DNA of 63,064 nt, the filler included, from Squatina squatina (lineage: Eukaryota), in the NCBI GenBank assembly GCA_031763465.1. It is 4 parts of 4 records of this genome, joined end to end, with 100 filler letters (N's around TTAATTAATTAA, not from the genome) between each part and the next. Parts side by side here need not be neighbours in the genome. Positions count along the whole stretch, not along the records: positions 1 to 16,479 come from JARFOE010000121.1; positions 16,580 to 30,815 come from JARFOE010000013.1; 2 more parts are not named here. One strand, written 5' to 3'. Below are positions 12,120 through 24,414 of the stretch, one piece after another (within the stretch, counting starts at the first letter, position 1; each line of letters opens with the position of its first letter). Both the position numbers and the translations under genes were made by a program. The notes under the pieces were generated by a model. It searched no databases, was not told the origin of the DNA, and saw only the letters and a program-made list of their open reading frames with translations.

Positions 12120-14598
12120 ACAACACACACAAAACATAGGACCTATCCAAATTACAGCAAACCCAGAGCAGAGGACAAACTCAAATAATAACACACCCAG
12201 AGCACATGACATACCCAAATAACAACACACCCAAAACACAGGACATACCCAAATAACAGGACACAAAGAGCACAGGACATACGCAAACATCAACACAACC
12301 AAAACACAGGATATACCAAATTAACAACACACCGAGAGCAAAGGACATACCCAAATAATAAATACCCAGAGCACAGGACATACCCAAATAACAACACACC
12401 CAAAACACAGGACATACCCAAATAACATGACTCCCAGTGCACAGGAAAAACCCAAATACCAGCACACCCAAAACACAGGATATACCCATATAACAACACC
12501 CCCACAGCACAGGACCTACCCAAATAACAACACACCCAAAACACAGGACATACCCAAATAACAACACATCCAAATCACAGCACCTACCCAAATAACAAGA
12601 CACCTAGAGCACAGGAAAAGCCCAACTAACAGCACACCCAAAACACGGGACATACCAAAATCACAACACTCCCAGGGCACAGGATATTCCCAAATAACAA
12701 CACATCCAAAACACAGGACATACCCAAATAACAACACACTCAGAGCAAAGGACGTACCCAAATAACAAAACACCCAAAACACAGGATATGCCTAAATAAC
12801 AACACACCCAAAACACAGGAGATACCCAAATAACAACACAGCCAGAGCAAAGGTCATATCCAAATAACAACACACCCAGGTCAGAGGTTATACAAAATAA
12901 CACACACAGAGCACAGGTCATACCCAAATACCAAAACACCCAAAACACAGGACATACCCAAATAAGGACACTCCCAGTGCACTGGAAAAACCCAAATAAC
13001 AAAACACCCAAAACACAGGATATGCCTAAATAACAACACACCCAAAACAGGAGATACCCAAATAACAACACAGCCATAGCAAAGGTCATATCCAAATAAC
13101 AACACACCCAGGTCAGAGATTATACAAAATAACAACACACAGAGCACAGGTCATACCCAAATACCAACACACCCAAAACACAGGACTTACCCAAATAACA
13201 ACACACCCAAAACACAGGACATACCGAAATAACAACACACCCAAAACACAGGACATACCCATATAACAACACCCCCAAAGCACAGGACCTACCCAAATAA
13301 CAACACACCCAAAACACAGGACATAGCCAAATAACAACACATCCAAATCACAGCACCTACCCAAATAACAACACACCTAGAGCACAGGAAAAGCCCAAAT
13401 ATTAACACACCCAAAACACAGGACATACCAAAATCACAACATACCCATAACACAGGACATACACAAATAACAATACATCCTAAAGACAGACCATACCCAA
13501 ATAACAACACACTCAGTGCAAAGGACGTACCCAAATAACAACACACCCAAAACGCAGGACCTATCCAAATAACAGCAAACCCAGAGCAGAGGACATACCA
13601 AATAACATGACTCCCAGTGCACAGGAAAAACCCAAATACCAACACACCCAAAACACAGGACATACCCATATAAGAACACCCCCAAAGCACAGTACATACC
13701 CAAATAACAACACACGCAGAGCACAGGAAAAGCCCAAATAACAGGACACACCCAAAACACAGGACATGCCAAAATCACAACCTACACAGGACATACACAA
13801 ATAACAACACACCCAGAGCACAGGACATACGCAAACAACAATGCACCCATAACACAGGACATACCGAATTAACAACACACCAAGAGCTAAGGATATACCC
13901 AAATAACAACACTCCCAGTGCACAGGATGAACGCAAATAATAACACAGCCACTACACAGGACATGCCTAAATAATATACCCAGGGCACAGGACATACCCA
14001 AATAACAACACACCCAAAACACAGGACATAACCAAATAACAACACACCCAACACACAGCACATACCCAAATAGAAACAGACCCAAAACACAGGATATATC
14101 CAAATAACAACACACCCAGAACAAAGTACATACCCAACTAACAACATTCCCAGTGCACAGGAAAAACCCAAATAATAAAACACCCAAAACACAGGATATG
14201 CCTAAACACCAACACACCCAGTGCACAGGACTTACTCAAATAAGAACACACCCATAACATAGGACATACCCAATTAACAACACACCCAGAGCGCAGGATT
14301 TACCCAAATAACATCACCCCCAAAACATAGGACATACCTAAATAACAACACACCCAAAACACAGGACATACCCATATAACAACACCCCCACAGCACAGGA
14401 CCTACCCAAATAACAAGACACCTAGAGCACAGGGAAAGCCCAAATAACAGCACACCCAAAACACAGGACATACCAAAATCACAACACTCCCAGGGCACAG
14501 GACATTCCCAAATAACAACATATCCAAAACACAGGACATACCCAAATAACAACACACTCAGAGCAAAGGACGTACCCAAATAACAAAACACCCAAAAC
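12120..14598. repeat. 34-bp minisatellite array, roughly 70 units, consensus ACACAGGACATACCCAAATAACAACACACCCAAA; truncated by a gap
   Basis: Period measured directly (CACAGGAC at 12372 and 12406); continuous variant units to the gap at 14599. Confidence 0.97.
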
Positions 14599-15466
14599 NN
14601 NNNNNNNNNNNNNNNNNNNNNNNNNNNNNNNNNNNNNNNNNNNNNNNNNNNNNNNNNNNNNNNNNNNNNNNNNNNNNNNNNNNNNNNNNNNNNNNNNNAT
14701 GATCTCCTTCTATCCTGTCTCATTCTATGATTCAATGATTCTACATGTTTAACATATTCACTCAAAACTGAATGAGTAGAAAATCCCTACTAGAAAAGAT
14801 TCATTCATCAATTATCTTACAACCCTTTTCTTTTAAAGCAATTGTGTTATTGGGAGACAGAAGGGAAGAGAGAGTGCTGTGCATGAAGTGGCAGAATGTA
14901 AGGTGATCCCTGAAATTCCTCATGCAGGTGAGTTCCTACTCAGGCATGCTGTCCAGGGATGTGGGGACAGGCATTTCCCCATTGGGAAAAGCGAAGTGGT
15001 GTCATCCACAGCAAGCTTTTCATATAGAAATGGATTGGCAGAGACCTCGCAGGAGTCTCCTGTTTGTCCCTTTAGCTGGATAGTGGCTTGTAGAGACATA
15101 GGAAAGTAAAATAGAATGTAAGTAGCTTTCATTGCTCCTCTTCTCTAAATGTGGAATCTGTCGATGCATACATTTGTTGGTGGAAATATGGAATGGTGAA
15201 GGAATTGAAAGTAAAGTTCTTGTGCTTTTCAGGATTCGCTTAATATTCCTTTCATTTCCAATCTTTAGGAAGTCATTCTAATTTTCTGATGTGCGCTGAC
15301 CAGCTTAAATGTTAAGGATACCTTCTAATCAATTAATCTGTTAAAACAAAGACATTTGTTGCTTTGAAGACCTTAGTTTAAGTTTAAAACTTGCCTCATC
15401 TCTATCCCAGTCTGTCTCATTAAATTCAGGTTTGCTTTTCTCTCTGCTTTTTTTCTTTATTTTCAG

Positions 15467-15509
15467 AAAACCAGCATCTGCTACCTGTCCTTTCCAGATT
15501 CCTACTCTG
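15467..15509 (+). CDS. DENND6B: DENN domain-containing protein 6B, internal 43-nt exon (KTSICYLSFPDSYS-G)
   Basis: Long polypyrimidine tract + TTTCAG acceptor and G|GTAAGC donor. The peptide matches the conserved DENND6 motif ICYLSFPDSxSG. The B paralogue is inferred from linkage with PLXNB2. Confidence 0.85.
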
Positions 15510-15824
15510 GTAAGCAGTCAACTCAAATGGGGCACGCTTTTTCCCCAGTGGCTTTTGTCGTGAGCTGTACTCGTGCAGATCATTCTATTCCATCCAGCAA
15601 TATATTTAATTCTGGCCTTTTTACTGCTGTTTATTACTATTCTCTTTTCATAGGTCCTTGAATTAAGGATTAGTTTGGAAAGAAAGCAGGAGATTATATA
15701 AATCAGTGCAAGAAGGGGTTAAATCCAGCACAGGCAAAAATAATATCTTCATGTGCTAAATCTATTCTGTTTCTCGGTTTTCAGTATCAGCACCTACAGC
15801 TTATTTAAATTTACAAAAATTCCA

Positions 15825-15985
15825 ATTTGTTCTTGGAATATTGACGATGCTGGCAAGCCTGCATTTAATTGCTCATCTCTAGTTGCCCTGAGAAGGTGGT
15901 GGTGGGCCGCCGCCTTGAATTGCTGCGGTCTTTATGGTGATGGTATTTCCATAATGGTGTTAGATCAGGAATTCCAGGATATTTC
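15825..15985 (-). mobile_element. LINE 3' end fragment (same family as 55560-56228)
   Basis: GCTGGCAAG...GCATTTAATTGCTCATCTCTAGTTGCCCTGAGAAGGTGGTGGTG is the reverse complement of the tail at about 56140-56225. Confidence 0.65.
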
Positions 15986-16523
15986 TTGTGTTAATTCTGC
16001 GATATTATAGACTATGACATTGTAAAGGGAGCTATTCTCAGGTTTACTATTTAACACCTGGCGTATACAGGCTGAAATTTAGAAGCTAAGAAAGGACCCA
16101 GAGTTCTTAGCAAAAACAGTGATTCACAGGTCTAGGATCACTCTGGCTCTTTTTCACGGTCTTGTCCGTACCTGGATGGCACTGGGAATATGCAGTGTTC
16201 ATCGATATGCTCAAGGTCTTTGACTGGGCACCGCAGGACATACACTGTTTAATTGATACGGATAATATGATTTAACTTCCCTTGGTTTGATTGAGCCTCA
16301 TGTTCTGGTCACTATATTAGCTGTGCCTCCTCAGATGAGGGGGTGCTTGTCGAGCTGTTTCTCTGGTTCGTGACACTGGGACAACCTAGTGTCACTCTTA
16401 TTGGTTTAATCAAAATAGGCATGTTCAGTCTTTGGGAATATGAGACAGGATAGCAGTGGATGTCGGTAACTGAATGAGTNNNNNNNNNNNNNNNNNNNNN
16501 NNNNNNNNNNNNNNNNNNNNNNN

Positions 16524-16535
16524 TTAATTAATTAA
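16524..16535. other. Artificial scaffold linker (TTAATTAATTAA in Ns)
   Basis: Six-frame stop palindrome flanked by N runs; gene context changes on either side. Confidence 0.97.
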
Positions 16536-18682
16536 NNNNNNNNNNNNNNNNNNNNNNNNNNNNNNNNNNNNNNNNNNNNTACCCTGGTTCAAAAGAAAAT
16601 TTCTACAGTATTTCTATTTTATATAAAGTGTTCAAAGATTATTTCTACAGTGTATTTCTAGCCGAATATTTTACAAACCTTGGAAGTTCTCGTGACTGTT
16701 AGCAAAATTATAATCCCCAGGTTTTTAATGATTTTGCCCCCTTTATCTGTAGTTTTATCCCTGGCTTAACATCCCTCAAGCCAAAAGGCTAGATAGTTGA
16801 CCTGCTCCCAGACTCTTGCCAATAACCTTTATAGCTGGCCTCCAGGATGTACGAGGGAAACATAGAAAATCTTCCCACATTCTCGATAACACATGATGAC
16901 CAGAGGACATTTCTCCCTCCCCCCTTTTTAGTAATGTAACAGATCTGATCCAGAATGTTGTCACAGTAAATTCAATTATCATTCAATCCATTCTTTTGTG
17001 TTGTATAAATTAAGTAGCATAACAGCAGGTATCGTTTGACAAACCTACTTGCAAATAAGTTGCTAAAAAAGTATGTATTCATAAAAGATTATCCAAAACA
17101 TAATGCAGCAACATAAAAAAATAATTAGGCTACAGAACGGCTTTGTGGTCCTGAAATTACAATTAAATCATAGTTCATAAATTGGTCATTTAAAACTGTT
17201 CATTGTCTTTACAAATTGTCACACTGTAGTCTTAACATTACAGCTATGTTGGGGCAGTAAAATGGAATTATGATACATATTAAGGAAAATCGTACCCACT
17301 GAATAAATTAAAAGAAATTAAAATCTATTCCATCAAAAATAAATTCGCATATTGGGAATACAAAATGGTATTTTTCCACCAGTTGTAAGACTGAATCAAA
17401 TGATGCTACAGAAATAAGAAGTTAGGGGTTTGGTTGACAGACACATTTGAATATTTCCCCAGGTTTACAATTCCAGAAGTAGTGAATCATCATCATTTTA
17501 AAATAGAAAAGGCGCAACATTTTTTTTTATTTTGCTTTGCCTTTTTTAAATCTGTCCGTAAAAGTCATTGGGAAATGTAACGGCATTGTGCTACCTTCAG
17601 CTGGTATTTTTCATTCCAAATCTATACCAATTACTGCATTACTCAGTGTTAAAGCTCTTCAAAAGATTATTTATATTTGTTCTGCTGATCTCATTATTTC
17701 TGGCTACTCTGCATTCAGATAAATCCCCCCTTAGGCCACTTCAGTTAATGTGCAGCATTTTGTGAGTGTTCATTTATTTGAAAATACATTGGCAAAATTT
17801 ACTCATTGAAGGATTTGGTCTATGCGCATCCTATTTTAATCTAAAATAGTATTTTCATAAAATACTTTATTAAAATGCTATTTGACATTCCAATAACTTT
17901 TGCCTAATTATCTTTCACCAGTAATATATTGGTGGAACTTGCAGTCCTGATGATGGCAAACCCATTTCAAACTGACTGTAACTACAGGATTTAGCGCATG
18001 CGCAGCCTAACGCAGAAATCCTGACGTTGCGGTCTGTCATTCACTGATCCTTCACAGACTGCCANNNNNNNNNNNNNNNNNNNNNNNNNNNNNNNNNNNN
18101 NNNNNNNNNNNNNNNNNNNNNNNNNNNNNNNNNNNNNNNNNNNNNNNNNNNNNNNNNNNNNNNNATTAGAGAGTGTACTTGTGTAACTTGTGTGCAATAG
18201 GCGAATGAAGTTGAATAAAACATGTATGCCCAGGACACTCCTTGCTTCACATAAAATGAACCAGACAAATACACTTGTGTATCTGCTTTTATCTGCTTTT
18301 ATCTTTACACTTTTAGACGATCCTGTTCTGTGCTAACTGGATAATCTCCTCTCAGGATTTATATTCACAAAGCGAGTACCACAATATATATTGGAGATCA
18401 ATTGAGGATCAGAATTGCTCCTTGAGCTTGTCATCTCACATGATAAAGAAACTGAAGAAAAACTGAGCAACTCTTTTTCATTGAAGTTATTTTTATTTGG
18501 GGATTTCTTTTTAGTTTAATAAGCATTATGCTAGTTGTGAATTACAGCTGATCTTTATTTCTTCAAATGAACTGCATCACATCAACACTGCAGCGTATTA
18601 AATAATGACATTCTTTTAAAGGAAAATAGTTTTATTTAAATTGTTTCTTCTGATGTGTATTTTTGTTTGTTTTTCTAAATAG

Positions 18683-18760
18683 TGAAAAAGTCCATAGATT
18701 TTAAATCTAGAGGAGTTAAATTGTTCCCAGGGAAAGACAACAGCAACAAGTTTTCTATCT
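18683..18760 (+). CDS. CSMD3: CSMD3 78-nt exon ((V)KKSIDFKSRGVKLFPGKDNSNKFSI)
   Basis: TTTTCTAAATAG acceptor and GTGAGT donor; near-identical to the CSMD3 linker VKKAIDFKSRGFKLFPGKDNSNKFSI after CUB2; phase 1-1. Confidence 0.92.
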
Positions 18761-18910
18761 GTGAGTCTACCTTTTTGTTATCTTTTCTAGAGGAATAGTG
18801 AAATGAGTCTGTGTCATTTGTGATGTGTTCTCTGTATGCGTTTTTTGTGCTTTATCCTTGTTTGATGTTTTGTTGCTAGTCATTGTGATGGATACAGCTT
18901 TGTGACAGTG

Positions 18911-19118
18911 TGCATGGGTATCCTTACTGTTCTTATCGTCGGCACTGAAAGTGACTTAATTTTTTTGGAGCCAGAATGGGGAAAGCCGCTATTAAAAAGG
19001 TGCACATCAAAACATATGAGAGAAATCAGGTTTGACTTTTTAAACCATTCATGCATGTTTATTTTGCATGAGGCTGAGGGAGCAATGTGTTTGCACTGAC
19101 GATCACTACATGTGCATG
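18911..19118 (+). promoter_or_regulatory. Cluster of four RBFOX motifs (TGCATG) downstream of the 78-nt CSMD3 exon
   Basis: TGCATG at 18911, 19052, 19065 and 19113, preceded by a TG-rich tract at about 18805-18900. Confidence 0.6.
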
Positions 19119-21419
19119 AATACTCACTTCAGAAGCCCGGGTACAGGAGACAGCATGGAACTGTAAATTAATGTTTATTTTTAATGGGAAACTGTTTTGC
19201 TTGAAATATTTTGGCATAACTAAAATTGTCAATGAAGGTTGATATGCTTCCAGACTAAGGTGACTTGAAATCAAGCACTTCACATTGCACCAGAGCAGTG
19301 TGAATATAAAAAGTCTAAATATTTGCAGTAATACTTGTGTTGACTCCATCCTTTGGGGAATTACCATCCTCTCACTTTGTGACAANNNNNNNNNNNNNNN
19401 NNNNNNNNNNNNNNNNNNNNNNNNNNNNNNNNNNNNNNNNNNNNNNNNNNNNNNNNNNNNNNNNNNNNNNNNNNNNNNNNNNNNNACAAGTGGGACCTAC
19501 AGCAGCAAGCAATCACACCATGGTAGCAAACCACAGACTAATGTTAGAAATGGACTTTTGATCCCTTTCTGCTAACTAGTTTTGCTCCCCTGTCATGTCG
19601 ACTTTTTTACTACTCTTTATTCTCAGTGAAATATACACTTTCTAGCGGTTAGGTTTAATTTGCATTCTTCCGTTGATAATCTTGGATTCATTATCATCTC
19701 TGCTCAAACAATTTAAAAATGGGAGTAGAGCAACTGCAAGCTGATATTCAGTACTGGCCAATACTTCAGGTATACATGGTCTGGTTATATTTCATTCCCC
19801 TGTTCCAATGAAAATATACAGGCCTTCAAATTATGATATGCAAAAATTAGCATATAAACAACGCAGTTGTGTGAAGTCCCTCTTTCTGCAGTTCTCAAGC
19901 CAGAAGTATACAGTATTCTGATTGATTATCTGGAAGTCCTGTTGAGTTCATAACTAATGCATTAAACTCCAAATGTAATTGTTGCGTGGCTCAGCCTTGC
20001 ACTTGTGTATGTAAGACCATTGTACTTAACATTTGATCCTGATAATCTTTCCTTGACAGGTTCATAGTTTTTATTCCAGTTTTTTTTGTTGTCATTATCA
20101 TGTTACTTGTGCTCCAGTGAGATGGCAGTTTACCACAGTGCAATTCAAATAAATTGTGCAGTTTTGACATTCTGCTTTGGAATCTGAGATTGCACCTTGA
20201 GGGCATTACTAAATTGCAGTTTTCATTTTATAGCATTCGGATTTGCAGCATGGGCTTGGGAATATAGAGCTTGTGTTTTTACCATTAAAAAACTGTTATG
20301 AATAGATCACATCATGAACACTTGTTCAGATTGAGCATTTGGACAGAATTGGGATGACAGGAAGAGATGATTTTGGTTCTGAGTACACAGGTATGCATAC
20401 GTGCAGCAATTATACAATATAATACCAGGACAATATGATATTACTTGCATTTGTATAGTAATTAATTATCTTGTCATAACAGCTCAAACACTTTACAATG
20501 AATTACCTTTGAAGTCCAGTGATGGCTATTAAGTAGGCAAACCAATGTCTTAAGCTTGTTGATATTGACACTCAATTTTTCTACTCCTTCAATTTTTCTA
20601 ACTCGTGTGTATTAGTGACATTTACTCATGTGTGGAAATTGCAGTTGATAGACAGGGAACAAGTCAAAAACGCATCCCTCAAAATCTTACAGCTGGTTAC
20701 ATGCATATGAGTCATTTTTGTTTGAATAATACCTGGAAGTATGTTGGTTTTTAATCTCTTTTACTTATGAGGTTTTATGGATGTTGCGGGTATTAGTTCT
20801 TTGGGAGATCCAAAGATTTTTGAGGTGTATTGTCTTTGATATTTAGCAAATAATTTTATTTCTATAATGAATGCTGCAGCTATTGATTGTTTCTATTTCT
20901 GGCACTTGACAATATTTTACTCTTGAAGCCTGTTTTTCTATTTCTATATGAAGTTAACCCACTTAATATAAAAGTGCAAGAACAGCTCTTGGTATTAGCG
21001 ACTGTTTCAGGTCAGTAATTTAGTCCGTGTCTGTATCGATGGTAGTTGCATTGGCCATTTCAAATTGGCCTTTTAATTAAAGCTGCAGCAAATGCTGCCA
21101 AACTTAGGTTAATGGCAAGAACTTTTACCCAGATAGTACATAATTTATTGAATGCTTGAGTGTTTGCCACTAAAAGTAAACATAAATAATTAATCTTCAA
21201 CATCACTTGAACCTCAGACAGTACGAAGTGAGAATTATATTTATGCAGCAAGGCAGCAAGCCAAATGTGAAGCTATGTATGGGGTGCTCGTTTACAATTA
21301 TACCTACCAGATGGAAAAAGGCCTTTATTTTACTGATGAAAGTGATTTAATTCTAGATGATTAATCTAAGTTTTTGCTTAATATGCAGTTTTCTTCTACC
21401 TTTCTCAATTTCAACAGCA

Positions 21420-21790
21420 ATTACAGCAGCTAGCACCTTTAACATTATAAAATGTTCCAAGGTGCTTCACAGGAGCATTATCAAACAAAATTTTACACCT
21501 AACCATATAAGGAGATATTAGGACAGGTCGCCAAAAACTTGGTCAAAGAGGTAGGTTTTAAGGAGCTTCTTCAAGGAGGAGAGAGAGGTCGAGAAGCAGA
21601 GAGGTTTCGGGAGGGAATTCCAGAGCTTAGGTCCTCGGCAGCTCGAAAGCATGGCCGCCAATTATGGAGCAACGAAAATTGGAGATGTTTAAGAGGCTAG
21701 AATTGGAGGATTGCAGGGATCTTGGAGGGCTGTAGGGTTGGAGAAGGCAAGGCTACAGAGGGATTTGAAAACAGGGATGAGAATTTTAAA
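21420..21790 (-). mobile_element. L2-type LINE 3' fragment
   Basis: Reverse complement of the L2-type tail (GGTCAAAGAGGTAGGTTTTAAGGAGC...GGGAGGGAATTCCAGAGCTTAGG). Confidence 0.7.
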
Positions 21791-23092
21791 TCACTTTGGG
21801 TGATTGTTGTGTAATAATCGGGTCAGTAGTTTCTCTTGCTCTTTACAGTTCAGCACCAGTCCGTTTACTTTTGTTTTCATACCTAAAGACACAGTAAGTT
21901 GTTATTCATTTAATGTTTGTTTGATTTCACTGTCTCGAAAAGTTATTAACTTCTTAGCTTGTATTTGGAAAGCATTGATTGNNNNNNNNNNNNNNNNNNN
22001 NNNNNNNNNNNNNNNNNNNNNNNNNNNNNNNNNNNNNNNNNNNNNNNNNNNNNNNNNNNNNNNNNNNNNNNNNNNNNNNNNATGCTCCACTGAGGCTGGA
22101 GTTCTGATGCTGCCTTGCAGCTTTTCGGTATAGCCACTTGCTGCAAATAATGGCTGAAAGGTGTTTCCCAACTATCAATGGCAACATTCTTGAAAAAGCA
22201 AATGTTTGAAAGATTGCTTCTTTATGGAATTTGAAGTAATTCCATTTTTTCATATCTCATATTGAAGCACAGGTGATTAATGATATGTACATTTGTTTAA
22301 ATTACTTCAACTAAAATGAAATTAAAACTTGTCGTCAGAAGGTTTAATCAAATAATCAGGTCTGTTAGGATTACAAATTAGAGGCAGAATTAATTAATCA
22401 AAGCTGCTGTCAACTGTCTCAGTGTGATGCAGTTCTATCATTTTAAATTAACATATTTATAAAAGTACATGGAATTTGACAGCTTTTTCCCTCTGTGCTA
22501 ATTATTTTCATGAGCTGTTCAGCTAGAATTAAATTTGAGTCTTGCAGCTCATTGTTTTCAATTTAAAATATTTATCATGTGACATAAGTGATATTTCCCT
22601 TTAACAATTAGTGGCTCAGTTCCACACAATCCACATATCTCTTCTTTAACTTACCTTACTGCGCCCTTTTGATCTCTTTCATATGCCAAGCAGAAATATA
22701 TTTTTACAAATTAGCCATGTGCCACGTGGTATAATTAGGCTTCATGCTTATTTACATAATACACAGCATTTTTTGACTGAAAGAATCTGAGAGAGNNNNN
22801 NNNNNNNNNNNNNNNNNNNNNNNNNNNNNNNNNNNNNNNNNNNNNNNNNNNNNNNNNNNNNNNNNNNNNNNNNNNNNNNNNNNNNNNNNNNNNNNTCATT
22901 TTAAATATAATAATTTTAGGAAAATATTAATTTATTTTTCTACACAAAATGTATCATGAGTGGAACTGTGTGCTTGCATTATGCAAAATAAAGAGTGACA
23001 TTATTCAGCTATGAATTGAATACCAAGGACCTGATGCTTGGGCTTTTGGAAGTTCTATGCTAAATGCTCTGTTGTTGTCTTATCTGTTTTAA

Positions 23093-23203
<111 letters not shown>

Positions 23204-24149
23204 TAAGTGCATTATTGATCATCCAATCTGTTATATTATCATCTGCTTTAAACAAGAGTTTTGGATTATTATTTTCATGAGGGTGCAGTTGAAACAATTA
23301 GAAACTTCACCACACACATTCATTTTTATTTTCTTCAAAACTGAATTTTGAAATTTGTTTTAATTATAGTGAAAGGGAAATGGTCTGTTTGCTGTGCAAA
23401 TGTTGCTGATGGACTTTGAGCTACAAACTGCACTAGTGACATCTGTTCAATGTTTAGAAATGGGACATATTCAATATACACCAGCAGTTATTTTATAATT
23501 CTATTTTCTTGGTGTCATTTTTATGCAGTATATTTACATTTTTCGCACATGTGCCTCTGCTTGTATTTGACCAGAGAACAAGCTGTTTATTGTCTCTTAC
23601 GAATGGGCATTAATACACTTGTGTAAGAATAAAATTGGTTGACCTGATAATTGCTTGTTTTGTTCACTCACTTGTTCAGCTGAGGATATCAATAATTTCA
23701 GATTGATTGCCACATTCTATAACGTGATGTAGGAGTATAATNNNNNNNNNNNNNNNNNNNNNNNNNNNNNNNNNNNNNNNNNNNNNNNNNNNNNNNNNNN
23801 NNNNNNNNNNNNNNNNNNNNNNNNNNNNNNNNNNNNNNNNNATATTACTTTGTTTCAATTTAGTAGGGATTATTATAATTACGGGAGGTGCTTTCATAGT
23901 CTCAGTTGTGTCCTGTAAGCTCTCTCATCTCTCTCCAGATGTAACTAGTTACACCATTGAAAATCCTCTTAAATGGGATGAAGTATTAAATGTAACTACG
24001 TTAACAAAGCTGCCTTTGGCTGTTGTACAGAAACTAACACAATTCTTCTTATCTCAGTTCCATGCAATTGGCTACAATTATGTTACTGCTATTGTCAAAC
24101 CCATGAATATGCCAGGTTTTTAAGCAAGAATCAGAGAAGGGGAAGTAGA

Positions 24150-24414
24150 AAGAAAGAACGACTTGCATTTATATTGTGCCTTTCACGACCACCAGATGTC
24201 TCAAAGCGTTTTACAGCCAATGAAGTACTTTTGGAGTGTAGTCACTTTTCTAATGTGGGAATGCAGCATCCAACTTGCGCACAACAAGCTCCTACAAACA
24301 GCAATGTGATAAAGACCAGATAATCTATTTTTCTTATGTTGATTGAGGGATAAATATTGGTCAGGACACCGGGGGTAACTCCGAAATAGTGCCATAGGAT
24401 CTTTTACTTCCACC
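24150..24414 (-). mobile_element. Deu-domain (SacSINE1-like) SINE, cut by a gap
   Basis: GACTTGCATTTATATTGTGCCTTTCACGACC...CAAAGCGTTTTACAGCCAATGAAGTACTTTTG... with an AAAG-type tail. Confidence 0.8.

Noticed and set aside
12120-14598. CRISPR-like array, or Cys/Val/Gly-rich repeat proteins from the many minus-strand ORFs
   Set aside because: Units are contiguous with no unique spacers and no cas genes. The ORFs are the same 34-bp unit read in rotating frames on a stop-poor strand.
20330-20390. Possible cryptic CSMD3 exon (CAG|ATTGAG...ACAG|GTATGC)
   Set aside because: 61 nt, weak polypyrimidine tract, phase-incompatible and no resemblance to CSMD3.
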